DNA of 64,000 nucleotides from assembly GCA_013239625.1 (NCBI GenBank), contig MU055657.1, positions 14,023,125-14,087,124 on the forward strand. Direction: 5' to 3'. Under the pieces are notes generated by a model. That model was not told where the DNA came from, searched no databases, and worked only from the letters and a program-made list of their open reading frames with translations. How positions within the stretch are numbered: position 1 is the first letter of the stretch; every line of letters begins with the position of its first letter. This document shows positions 48,942 through 61,640 of the stretch, one piece after another. The translations under genes were made by a program, and so were the position numbers. The stretch is from Lama guanicoe (taxonomy: Eukaryota).

Positions 48942-49445
48942 TATCCTGGTTATCTATTGCTAGGTGACAAAGTGTCCCACAACTAAGTGCTTAAGACGAC
49001 AACTTGTTATTACTGCTCATGAATATAGAGACTGACGCACTCACCTAGAGGACCTCGTACAATTGCATTATGATGGTAGTTGGGACTCGATTCATCTGAA
49101 GACGTCTTACCGCGAGGTGTGGCTCCTGGGCTGGAACAGCTAGGTCCTTGAGGCGTCTCCCATCCACATGGCCCTGGCACATGGCCCTGACAAGTGGCTA
49201 GCTGGAGCACTCTCACAGAATGGTGGTCTCAGGATAGTGATACCTTTAACTTGGCAGGTTCCCCTAGAGACAGGAAGTGAAAACTGCTAGTTTCATACGG
49301 CCTGTAGTTGGAACCTACCACAATGAGGTTCCCACCACTCTTCGTTGGTTATAGGAGCCACAAACCAGTCCAGATTCCGGGGAGAGGCCATAGACTCTAG
49401 CTTTGGTTGGAGAAGAGTCAAAGGATGTGTGGCCATTTTTCATCA
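48942..49445 (-). mobile_element. MaLR solo LTR, MLT1G/H-like
   Basis: GTTATCTATTGCT..GTGACAAA...CTTAAGACGACAAC, TCATCTGAAG, ATGGTGGTCTCAGGATAGT, CAGTCCAGATTC...GTGGCCATTTTT. Confidence 0.8.
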
Positions 49446-50419
49446 GTTTCAAGGGGTAATGAGAGGCAGGGCTCTGGAGGTGGGGGTTGGGAGGATATGT
49501 ATATTCAGGAGGCCTTGGATGACATTCAATCATGTTCAAAGTTTATTCGGCAGGTAACGTTAGAACCATCTCAGGTTTTAACTGTGGAAATGCTAGTAGC
49601 TAGATACTACAGCTGGAGACAACATGCTAGAGCAGATTCCTCTCTTCTGAAGTGGTGAAAACATAAGAACTATAAGGGAAAGATAAGATTAACGTACTAC
49701 TCTTCAATTCTGAAAGGTGATCATTTCCTTTCAGTACTGCTCCCCTGCAGAGCACGTCTCCAGCGGCCACCCATGGGTCCGAAGAGCAAAGAGACGCAGT
49801 TGTGAGCAGGACACATTACGGATAAGAGGTGAGTTTGGAGAAGGTCGTTTGCCTGGTCCTTAGAGTGTCTCATTTAGTTGTATTGCTTTGATTTACACAG
49901 AGAACCATTTTGGGGTGAGAGAGTTACCCAATCTTGGGAAGTGAGCATTGTCTTTTTTTATATCAGGTAATAGTAACTTACCTTAGAGTTGCCGATCTGA
50001 TTCTGTAGTAATTCCCTGATGTTCTATGAAGAGTGTAGAACTCGTTCCATGAGGCATGTAGACAAAGTCCATTTTCAACATACACTTACGTAAGCATTGA
50101 TTAACATTTTCTTCCCCACCCCAGTGTCTATTTTTAAAATTAGAGCCAAAGAATTTTTAAAAATTGCTCAAAGAAGGAGCATTTATAAAGTTACGAAACT
50201 AAAAGCAATCCGACTTTCATCAACAAAATCCCATCTGGGATTGCCACGAGTGGGATTTCTGTGCTAAGGGAGAGAATTCTTACTTTCTGCGTAGATTTCT
50301 AGGTACGAGGAGTAAGTACCTGGTGTGGATAACAGGTTTCTTCCTTCACCATGAAAAAATGAACCACGTACCTCAAAGTAGTTTCTTCTTCTCTGATCAT
50401 TTCCCCGAGCCACAGGGCT

Positions 50420-50660
50420 CTATTTATTCAACGCTTGCATCCTGCTCATTATGTGACAGGTATGATTTGGAGTACTTTATAAATAAGAACTCATTTTCTC
50501 ATCATTGCTGCTCGAGGAGGTGAGTGCTGTTCTCATCCTCCGTTTTGTAGATGAGCCACAGAGCGATTAAGAAGACAGGAAGTAAGTGACAGCGCTGGGA
50601 TGTGAACCCACGCAGCTGGGCTCTAGAGTTCGCATTCTCCAACACTGTGCCTGGTTGCCT
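50420..50660 (-). mobile_element. MIR SINE
   Basis: ATCCTCCGTTTTGTAGATGAG...GTAAGTGACAGCGCTGGGATGTGAACCCACGCAG..GGCTCTAGAG. Confidence 0.8.
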
Positions 50661-52704
50661 CAATTTCTTTTTGCTTAACATTATTATTTTAGCCTCTACA
50701 TAACCCTATTTTAGCCTTGACCCACACTGCTACGATTCTCATAAGCTCCCTGAGAACAGGAGTCCTGATGTATTCTTCTGTGAATACACAGTGTCTGGCA
50801 CTGGGCTTAGCAAATAAAGGAACTGAATACATAGGCTTGCCTAAATGAGTGACACTGGGTTAATAATCAGAGGTGTAAACGATCCTTAGACCTTCAGATC
50901 TGTCATTTAACAGGATTGGATTATCCAACAATTACGATGTCTATACATGCTTCTCACTGTCATTCCCATTGGCATACATTTATGCATTTATCCTCTTTCT
51001 CCTATATGTCTAAGCACTCACATTTTCTTGCTCCCTAGGGAGGTTCATAGGAAGTCTTATAACTCAAATTTGATTCCAAGAGAAAGGTTAATTGGCAAAG
51101 ATTGCACAAGCATTAAATATCATACATACTCAGAAGGTTGGTTGGCATTTCTGAATTAGATAATGAAATTTTAAAAAGAAATGACATCTCATGCACTAAC
51201 TCATGGGTTTTTCTGCCCTATTGAGAAATCATTTTTTTAACATTAGTACGTTAATCAAGATTGATATCTGTGAACTATAAATTCCTAGGTATACAATCTA
51301 ATTGAAGGCATTGTTGACGAAATGTCTGTTTTACAGGCAGGGTCACTGAACATACATCATTTGCCAATATACAATAGACATTGGAAAATGTATGCGAGTC
51401 AGCAAATATTGTTCATTTTATTTAATCATTATTTCACTGTCTTCTTATAAGGATGACACATTTTAAGATAGAAAAAGTCATACTTTAATCATTGAACTAC
51501 ACACATTCAATTTTAAAACAAGCCTTTTGACAAATGGAAACAAATTTTAGTTAATTTTTCCTTGAGTAAGAGAGCAGTTTTATGATAGAGTCACGGTTAT
51601 AATCCTGATTTCTCAAGTTTACTGATTTGACCTTCTCAGAAGAATTCAGCCATTTTTTCTTCTGAAAACAACACAAACATGTACAAATACATATATATAC
51701 ATATACACAAATACTTATATCTCTCTGAAATACTTCCAATATTTGAAAACTATTCCCTCTGAACAGTCTTAGTTACAAATGCACTTTTTAAAATCTTTCC
51801 TGAAAATGAATTTATTTAAAATGTGAATCATTTTACATTGTAGAATTTGTATATATAATATTTCTTGTAAAAATGAAATGAAATCTTTTTTTAACAAAAA
51901 ACAAACCCAGAGACTCTGAAAAAAACTAAGCATATGAATAGATAGAAAGACAATTTCAATATTGTTTCAATAAAAGCATGCTTTTCTTATTAAAGCTCTG
52001 GGATGGATTTAAGATGCATAAAACCCAAACCAGGAATAGTTTAACTGGGACAACACCAGGAATATTTTAATTTGGGGACCTAATAAAACTGCAGACTGCG
52101 AGCCTCCATCTCCTGTTGTGATGATGTTATCCAAACTCCTAAGTGTGGCTGTTAGGCTGGCTTGTCATCTATCTGCCTTTGACCAAGAAAGAACATTCTT
52201 TACCTCACTCCTCATTTTTAAATAGACGTGGAGGGGGTGGGAATTGGTGGGGTCGGGGTGGAATAGACCAGATGAAATGGTATATTGTAGCAAAATAGTT
52301 TTGTTATTTCATCTTTTTCTTCAACTAAAGAATCACCCTACCCATGATGAAGGTTCTGACAGCAACCAAGGCAGATCAGACAGGGCTGAGTACAGTTGGA
52401 TGGTTAGAAAGTGGAAGCGGCGGAGAGATGTATTTAAAGGCCAGAGACTTGAAAACAGACTGAGGAGAGAGGAGGAGCATATCTGACAAAAAAAAAGCCT
52501 CCAGTATAGCGATGTGGTCGTTGGTAACTGAACACGCACACCTTAAGGAAAAACCAGATGTACAGTAACCTGTCCTCCTGCGATCTAATCCCGAGGGGTC
52601 CTGTTTCCAAACTGGAGGCCAAAAAGAAAGCTCAGCTCCTATTCATCTTGTGTCTGCTTTCCTTGACTTTCCCAAAGACACCAGGCTGGGGACAGGAACC
52701 ATTT

Positions 52705-52880
52705 ACGGAATCACAGATCAGAAGAGGTCTGTGAGATCATGAAATCATTCCCCACTCCTTGTTGTTCAGGCAGAGAAAAACTGAGGTCCAGATTTGTTAA
52801 GCGAGTTGTCCAGGATGCACAGCCCTTTAAGGGTCTAGTTCAGACAAAACTAGAAGTGAAGTCCCAAACTCCCAAACCCA
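52705..52880 (-). mobile_element. MIR/MIR3 fragment
   Basis: CAGAGAAAAACTGAGGTCCAGA...GAGTTGTCCAGGATGCACAGC. Confidence 0.6.
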
Positions 52881-54581
52881 TCTTTTGATAACACGCACAC
52901 AGTGAACGGGCGGCTATAAAATCATCCCAAAGGCAAGGAGAGTGTCACCCACATACGAGGGAATGATTCAGCAACCTGGGTGGAACCCCCTCTGCATTTC
53001 AACAATACTCATGCTATTCACTCGGTACTTTTTCAGTTTCCAGCTTAAGAATCCGATCACTGTTCCTGTTATTAAATCGTAGATTGTAACGTCTTGCTTG
53101 AATAGTTGAATGGATTGAAGCCCCGGAGGTCGAGTGACTTGCTCGAGGGCACGTAGTTAATTGCCAAGTGGATACCCAATAGGTGAATCCCTTCTGGTGA
53201 CTTTCTCCCATGATACCACATTTTGTTCGGAGACTTCCTCTTAGGCCCAGGAAAGGCTGGACCCCAAAGTCCTGGAGGGAGGATGATTGCAGGCAGTTGC
53301 TATAAGGCACAGTAGTTCGTTCTCTGCTCCAGGAGCCACCAGGGCTTCAGAAGTTTGGGAGAGGATAATCTTGTGGGCTCCCCTCCAGAGCTGAGGGTTT
53401 CACCATTGGTGGTGATGCATTTTTTTAGGACACTGCCTGGTGCCAGGATGATTTGCCAGAAAGCCGTGTTTTCACACTGCACGAAGCCCAAAGGTTGTTT
53501 TGGAAGTCCCCGTGCTTTCTTGAACCTCAGGACAGGAGAGAGTCTGTATAAGGGTGAAACAATGAGGTAAGTTTTTATCAAAGACAAACTTTTAAGGGCT
53601 TGTGTATTCAATTATCTTCTGAACAGGAATCCATAAACTCATTTTTCTGGTTTTAAGGCAAAAAAGGTACAAGAACAACTTTCAAGCTAGTGCCAAAATT
53701 TGACATGAAATGGAAAAGTGAATGTAATGACTGAGCACAGTGAGAGAGGGGTCACACAGGCGTGCAACAACCAGTCAGCACTCGTGCAACTTTTGCAGAG
53801 GATGGAGGGTGCAGGAGGAGTTGCTATAGGCGTTGGTGAACACAGACGAATTGGCCTGCAAGAAGTCTCTGTTGCTGGATCAGAAGATTTCAGCCCTCCA
53901 AGAGCTGAAATAATAATGCATGACAGGCTACATTCACCCATTAAGGTTTTTAGGGCCTGGATACTTTGAGGACATGAAGTGTAATATCATGAACCCTGAG
54001 AATTTGTGGACTTCTGTCTCCAGTTGGTGCTGTAGCCCATCTTGCCACCACTGACACTGGCATGTACCATTCTGCCAAGGCATTAGATGTCTAATTTGAT
54101 CAAAATCAGACCCTATAATTTGAATTCAAGCCAAGCCACAATCAGATCATAAAATTTCCCAAGCTGCCACCATCTTGGAAATGTCAAATTCAGGGTCGGG
54201 GAGCAGGAAATGCCGATACAGGGGAAAAATAGAGCCTATTTTAATGAATTTTGCATCTGGTTCTTATGTGAGGCCATCAAGCCATTAGATATAATTTAAG
54301 CATCTTGATTAACGTTTTATTACCTTACATGACTGCTAGGGGAGAAAAAAAATTGTGTGCCCATGCACCACACATCCCAAAATATACTAAACTCCTTTGG
54401 GTTTTAAGGTGCTAAATATAGTGCTTTCGGGCCACTTGGACAGTGTCTGAAGTCTGCTGGCTATTAGGCATAAAAAATAAACCTGAGAAAAAGGGATGTT
54501 TTTCTACGCTCAGATATTAGGACCCGATAGAAGCACTGCCCTGTTTGGCATTCCCTGTCGGACCTCCCCAGCGTCTGAGGA

Positions 54582-54729
54582 NNNNNNNNNNNNNNNNNNN
54601 NNNNNNNNNNNNNNNNNNNNNNNNNNNNNNNNNNNNNNNNNNNNNNNNNNNNNNNNNNNNNNNNNNNNNNNNNNNNNNNNNNNNNNNNNNNNNNNNNNNN
54701 NNNNNNNNNNNNNNNNNNNNNNNNNNNNN
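54582..54729. other. Assembly gap (148 N) in a GC-rich context
   Basis: N run flanked by CCTCCCCAGCG and CGGAGGGGGCAGCAGGGG. Confidence 0.99.
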
Positions 54730-56444
54730 CGGAGGGGGCAGCAGGGGAAGTGAAGGGAGGGAGTGAGGAGCAAAAGAGACAATGGGAGTAGAATGAAAAG
54801 CTGTTTGAATGGGGAATTTTAAACGCATAAGACAAACTCTTGCTTTTGAGAACTGAAAGCAAAATAGATTGCGTCTTCTGCATTGTCTTGCGGTCAACAG
54901 TGTGACGTTCAATCTGAGAACTTTTTTATTGTAGGATTTAATAATTGTGGTCAACAATTTTCTGGTAAATCTCTAACCACTGGTCAATATGCTGCCAAAA
55001 ATGAGGGTGAAATTGAAGGCTTACTTGGAGACACACTAGGAAAGCCTTATTCTTCCTGTTTTAGTCCATGTATCTTGACTCTGCCTTTGCTTCACTACGG
55101 GGACATTTTTTTATCACTTTGCATTTTGCAGTTACACGGCGTGTCATATAAGTCATTTTAATTAATTTGGGACAATTTGCCGCGATCATTTCCTCAATCT
55201 CCACTTGTTTTTTTTTTTTTTTTTAGCGGCTGACTCATAAATTAGGAACTTGATTCTCTCTCCTTGGCTTTGGATGGCTTCCTAATGAGCAGAAGGGCTG
55301 TTTTATTTATTTATTTACTAACCGATGTGGATTCAAACCCTTGATAGCACTTTAACACCTTAGTGACTGCGGTTATATTAGTACTGCAGGCAAACAGAAT
55401 TGGCTTGGTTACCAGAAAAACTTTTTGCCTCATCTCCACTCAAGAATTGAGCCCAGGGCCAAACACATGCTCTCTATTTTTGACAGATTATCATTACATT
55501 TTAGCACATTGAACAAATAAGATACTGATTAAAACTGAATGTTACTTTAAAGTCAATAAATCTACTTTCTTTTCCATATCAGTTAAAGAAAAAAAAAGCC
55601 TGTAACTTTCTTTCTAAATTGTCTAAATACATTTGTGTTGACAGCAGCCAAATAGTGAAAACTATCTTATTTTCAAATATGTAACAGCACACCCAGTCAA
55701 TTTTTTAAAAATTAGAATTTGGATTAATTAGTCAGTCTTTGGAAAATATTAATGTTTGATCTTAGATCCATATTCATCTAATTGCTCTAAAATTGGAAAT
55801 TTTCTTGTGATGCGCATGCCAAAATATTTTGTGTGCTTTAAGGATAACTCTGGGAGGTTTGATGGTAGATACTGTTTTTACTTAGCAGGAGTGAAATGGA
55901 TGTGCAGAGAAAGCGAAGTGAGTTGTCCAAAATGTTAACACTGATGGAGTTAAAGAGCACCTGGAACTTACTGCCAAAGCATTGCTAAATAAGCACACAC
56001 TTGGGGTCTCATTTTTTTCTGCACTGATAGGTTTGCTTTGCCAAAGTAGCAAGAGAAAAAGGGAATCATTTGTGCTTTCACAGGCCTTCGGGGGAATGAA
56101 GAAAAGTGATAATTACACACAGTTTGTATAAAGAGCCTGTCCAGCCTTCCTGGTGGGCAGAATAGGTGCTCACAAATGTTGTGCAATCGTAGAGATAAAA
56201 AACATCCCTCCTTGTTACATATCCCCTGAGTTGTTTTCATTAAAGCTAAACAGCTTCAACCAGGTGAACTATATTCATGCATTTTTTTTCCCATGGCTCC
56301 TCATGGCACATCAACTAGTAGGCGCCCCACCCCCTACCTAACCCCGCCCTGCTCAATTTATTTTTGTCTGATTTTATTTGCCCTCAGCTCTCAGTGTAGA
56401 TGCTCCTTCCTCACAAGCTTTCCTCTAGTGCCTTAGTTGTGACC

Positions 56445-56717
56445 ATTAGCAAAGAATGAGTTTTACATTTTTAAATAGTTAGCAAAAAGATCAAAAGATA
56501 GACATTTCATGACCTACGAAAAGTATAAGAAATTCAAAATTCATTGTCCATCTATAAATCAAAGTCTTATTGGAACATACCATTTGTTTACACGTTGTCT
56601 AGGACCACTTTTACTATCTATTGGCAAGTTAAGTAACTGTAATATTCTGTGTGGCACCAAAGCCCAAAAGATTTACCATCTGGCCCTTTACAAAAAGAAA
56701 AAGTTTGCCAGCCCTTG
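56445..56717. mobile_element. MER33/MER58-like hAT-Charlie transposon, apparently within L2 fragments (about 56340-56900)
   Basis: TTTTACATTTTTAAAT...AAATTCAAA...TTATTGGAACA...TTTACCATCTGGCCCTTTACA..AAAAGTTTGCCAGCCCTTG. Confidence 0.75.
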
Positions 56718-57087
56718 CCCTCAACTTCTTTATGAAGTGAACTGATGCCTTTAAGTGCCCACAGCACTGCAATGACTACATGTGTGTCTTCTCTACTGCA
56801 GTTTAAGCTTCACGGGGCAAGCTTATCTTACTCAGTGTAATATCTCCAGCACCTACAAGAGAATGCCAGAGTATGCAGTAAGTGCTCGATAATGAGATGT
56901 CAAATTATTGACCCTTTCTAAGAATGTTTTCTTCTATGAATGATTTTGTAGATAATGATTCCTACAGTTACTCCTTTATCAGTCAGTTAAAAATCATTTT
57001 GCAAATAACCCTCCTCCTGATTAAAACAAAAACAACAAACAAACAAACCACAGATAAGAAAGGAAAGCAGTCATTAAGAAAGAGCCA

Positions 57088-57259
57088 GGGGGAAGGGATA
57101 GCTCAATTGGTAGAGCACGTGCTTAGCATGCATGAGATCTTGGGTTCAATCCCCAGTACCTCCTCCAAAAATAACCTAATTACCCTGATTACCCCCCTAC
57201 AAAATAAAATAAAGTAAAATCAAGCCCATTAAAAAAAAAGTAATCTAAAAAAAGATCTC
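57088..57259 (+). mobile_element. Camelid tRNA-Ala-derived SINE (Vic-1 type)
   Basis: A-box TAGCTCAATTGG, AGC anticodon remnant (CTTAGCATG), B-box GGTTCAATCC, tail ACCTAATTACC plus A-rich; TSD AAGAAAGAGCCA (57076-87) and AAGGAAGAGCCA (57260-71) at a TT/AAGA L1-endonuclease site. Confidence 0.92.
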
Positions 57260-60209
57260 AAGGAAGAGCCATTGCCTAAAGCGGTTCTACTTTGTTTCTC
57301 ATCAATGATCAAGTAAAATAGGGTTAATAGTAGGTATAGAATTATTTTTCATTTCTCCCGATCACTCTTATTTTAGGATTGAAGGAAGAACCAGAATTTA
57401 GTGTTAAAATTTATTTATGATTATCTGGGGAAGTCTGGTAAAAATATTGATTTAGTTGTTAATAACCTTAGAGACAGCAACTCTTCTAGATTCTTGACAT
57501 AACTTGTTATTAAGGTACCCAGGAAAGAAGATACTTGAAGGAAGAGGCACGTGGTCAGTTAGCCCTTTGCTGTGTAGGTGTTTGTCCTAGAGAAGGACTT
57601 CTCCCCTTTCCTCTCTGTTCTTCAGTCCCTAAGGCTTGAGCCCAAACTGGACTGGATACTGTAGTATAAACTCAAAACCTGCTGAACAACATTCAGCTTA
57701 GTAGAATGGCTGCCATCAAGTATACGTTGGTATCTAGAAGTGAACCTTCCTGTTCCTCATAGTTTGTGGTTATTTTAAAAGAATAGCATCACTAAACTTC
57801 AAACTTGTATCTAAACATTTTTGTCCTTTCAAATCTTGAAATATTAAAGGTTTCTTCTGTCCACCTGTTTTCTCAAAAAAAAAATCTATATTTCTTCTCT
57901 TTGATTCTATCGTCTCAGTTTGGAGACCCTAAATAGTTTGTAGGGAGAGAAATTCTAAAGTGTAGATGTTTTAGCAGGTCGCTAAGCTGCACACATTTTT
58001 AATTACACCTGGAAACCACCTACCGATGTGTCCATGGTCCAGTTTTGTTTTCTTCCTCCCTCATTCCTGTCCTCTTGCTCCTCATTCTTCTTTTAAACAA
58101 GTTTTTTCTTTCTTTTTTTTTTCAGAACCAATGTTTCTTCTTTAGACAATTGTTACATCATTTACTAATTCTAATATTTAATGAAAATACATGAAGAGAA
58201 AAAGTAAAACTCTCAAATGCATGGGTAAGACAGTGACCAACATTAGAATATTAGATGTTAATGGAAGTGAAGGGCCAGGGGTAGGGCTTGAACTCTGTAA
58301 CTCTGTAACTCTGCAAGGCTTTTTTTTTTTTTTCTTTTTTTAATGAGAAATAAACGTTTGAGTTCCTCAGAGCACGAGAACTGAGCTGGGTTCTCCACTC
58401 TCGCTCCTTGACTTTGGGTGATCTCCAAAATCTCCCCATCTCTTTTGGTGACTAGAGTACCATTCAGTGTTGCTGCTGGACTGAATGAGTGGTCAGTCTG
58501 TTTGGACTTTTCTGTGGGTTGTACTTTTTTTTTTCTTTTGGTCATCGATAATTCTGCCAATGATAACATCGTGTTTCTTAAATAGAGAGTGATGAGTTTA
58601 CCGGGAGGGACGCCGTGGTGCTGGTGAAGGCAGATGAGGCGACGATGCCTCACTGAGCCGGGACTGGCCACCAAGAGCTATCTTCAGTTCTCAGGGTGAA
58701 TCATGAGGCTTTCCTAATATTGACTCAAGAATAATCCCGCTTTGTTACACAATATTTGAGGTGGAAACTGCTAGCATGAAGTTCATTCCACAACAAACAT
58801 TTCTCCCTCCAGTACCTACAGAAGCCCTTCCTTTGTGGCCTTACAGGGAACCTTCTTTGCCATCTTTGGTTCTTTGACGGGTCACTCTCGACAGCTCTCT
58901 CTGCCGTCCCCTCTCCCCTAACTTCTATGCCTCTTCATACCTTAGTCTATGGCTGCAATGTGTCGTTAACTTACAACTACACAACGCAACCACAAGTCTG
59001 TGAATGGGATGGCAATCATCAAACAAGGAGAGTGTAGACTTCTTTTTGTTTTTCCTTTTTTTCAAATAAATCAGGCATTTGGTTGATGAGCAGTTGAGAA
59101 AACTCCAGACTTTACAACTTGGGCTTAGCACACGGAACTCTCACTGGCTAATACTCTCAGAATTATATTACAAATCTTTTATTATTATTTTAAATTCTGG
59201 TAGATAGTAGGCACCCGGAAATACTTGTTAGTTGATATTCAATTTCATAAATATATGTGTTCCTTCTTAAACAGTCACCAATACTTCTTTGTTCACTTTG
59301 TATCAAATGTACATGTCATCTTAGTATGTTAATCTGTTTTCCATATAACATTTAATTTAAAATGTCTCCTATAGCCAAAGTTTCAAATAAGATTAAAACA
59401 GAAGTCCTGTTTTATAGCAAGAATAATCTAAAAATAGGATTTAAAATTTTCTGAGTGAATAATTCAACACTGTATAAATGTCATATGAAGTGTTAAAAAG
59501 CAGAGTGAGTAAGTAGTGCAATGTATTTACCTAGACATTTTCAGTTATGATTCAGATGATAATTCTAGAAGAAACTTTTCTTTTTATTGGGAAATCAGAA
59601 GATAAAGCATGAAGAAAATACGCATCTTTAAACAGTTCTTTTTCAAAAAGCATAAAATTAAAAAAACAACTCATACAGATGTCATGAGTCAAGTTAATAT
59701 ATTGACTCATCTGGGGTTAAATTGTATTTTCTCTGAATCAGTCTCCTTGATATTCTGGTGTTAGAAATTGTAACGAAGGCTTTAAATTGTTTTGCTTTTA
59801 ATGGATAGATCATGGAAACTGAAATAAAAGCTTTTCTTGAAAGCCCTTGGAGCATGAACTATATATAATAGGAATCAGTCTTACATGGTGAGCGCTCGCT
59901 CAGTGCTGATTTATAGAAGGTTGTATTTGCTCAGTTTATAAAATGATGACTTTAGTGAGCTTGAGTTTTCCCAAACCCTTTTTCAAAATCCATGTCCTTT
60001 AGAATGGGAAACTTGTCACATGATTGATATTTCATTTATGTGGCTCCCTAATATTCTTAATATCATGGGTAATTGACACAACGCTGTCCTGTGTATGAGG
60101 TATAGCCCCCTCCGAGTATTCCTCTTATCTCATGTGTATGAAACAGCTCATATCATCACATCTCACGTATCTAAAATATATTATTCTATGAACCAAAGTC
60201 AAGTCACCT

Positions 60210-61640
60210 CTTTTTTTTTTGCTTTTTCTACTGAATTTTTAAATTATGAAACACTAGGAAAAATTAATTATAGAAATGAAGATAACAAATGCTTGTAAAG
60301 TCACCGCTTAGCTCTAACAAATCTTAATATTTAAAAATGTTTGCTTCAGACCGTGTGTCTGAATTCTCATGTGTTTTTGTATGTGGATATGTAACTAGAA
60401 GCAGTATTTTCTACAGTTTTGCAAGTTGTAGATTCATACTCTATATATAATGTGACCAGTTTTTTAATACATTTTATGCATTTGATACATATAAATCTAA
60501 TTCATTCATTCCATTTTGTAATATTGCACATATACATAAAGCACAGATTATTTAATGTGTTTTTTTGCAGATAGACGTTCAGGTAATTTATAATTTTGTG
60601 ATTAAATCTGCATCATTACAAAAATTATTTATACATATCTGCTTTGCACATGGGATTTTTTTTTTTTTGAGAGGAATCAACGTGGAAGATTTTATTCCTA
60701 GAAGTGAAATTTGGAGACTTAGGATACATAGCTGTATATATACACATATATACATACATATGAATAAAATATAGACAATATGTATGTCTATATTAAATAT
60801 TGTCAAGTTCTTTCTAAAGTATTTGTAACCATTTCCATTCCAAGCTGCAGTTTTTGAGAATTACCATTTCCAAATATGCCTGACAACATTTGATACTGAC
60901 AGATTTAAAGTTTTGCCCATTTGAAGACTAGTATATTTATATTATTTTCATATGCATTGACCTGATTACTTATGATTTTGAAGCCATTTTATATATGTCA
61001 TCATTATATATATCATCATATATGTGAACATTATACAGAGGTTATATACAGCTATATATATGACATCCAAGTTTTGGTTATATGAATTACAACTATTCAA
61101 AATTTTGCCCATTTTATATTTTTGTTAATGTTTTATATATTCCTTATATGTTTAATGTGTGAATCCTTTGCTATTTTTATGCAACAATTTTTGCAATTAT
61201 TTTTTCACAATTTTTTTACTTTACTAGTAGTTTATTTTGCTGTTCAAATTATTTTTATTTCAATGCTATCGAGGTTATTAACAGTGTCCCTTAATCTTTA
61301 TGCTTTTGTGAGTTTTACGTCTAAGAAATCTTTCCCTAACCCATTATCATATTGTTAATATCCTGCATCTTCTTCTAAAAGACTTAAAGTCTAGCTTTTC
61401 ATATTCACAGGTTAAATTCACTTGGAAACTATCTTTTAATATCATGTGAAGTAGTATGCTAATTTACATTTTTTCACATTGAAAAATATTGTCCCAGCAT
61501 GATTTATTTAAAAGTTCCCGGTGACTGTTTATGCCATGTCTGCTGTCTACCAAGTTGCATGTACAGCTATTCATACGACTCTGTTTCTGAGTAGTCAAAT
61601 GCTAACTACTATCAGACTATAGCTTAGTCCCTGATATGCC
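60210..61640 (-). mobile_element. Degraded L1ME/MC 3' region
   Basis: T-rich; ATTCCTAGAAGTGAAATT, CCATTTCCATTCC..GCAG...TGAGAATT, TTTGCCCATTT, AAGAAATCTTTCCCTAACCCA, TTGTCCCAGCATGATTTATT. Confidence 0.8.

Noticed and set aside
57088-57165. tRNA-Ala(AGC)-like sequence as a true tRNA gene (also 27405-27482 on -)
   Set aside because: Stems are imperfect and it is followed by a SINE tail with TSDs, so it is a SINE head
58258-58674. 138-aa minus-strand ORF
   Set aside because: Non-ATG start; lysine runs come from poly-T tracts
59889-59906. GAGCGCTCGCTCAGTG resembling an AAV Rep-binding element
   Set aside because: Only two GCTC units, no ITR hairpin and no rep/cap remnants nearby
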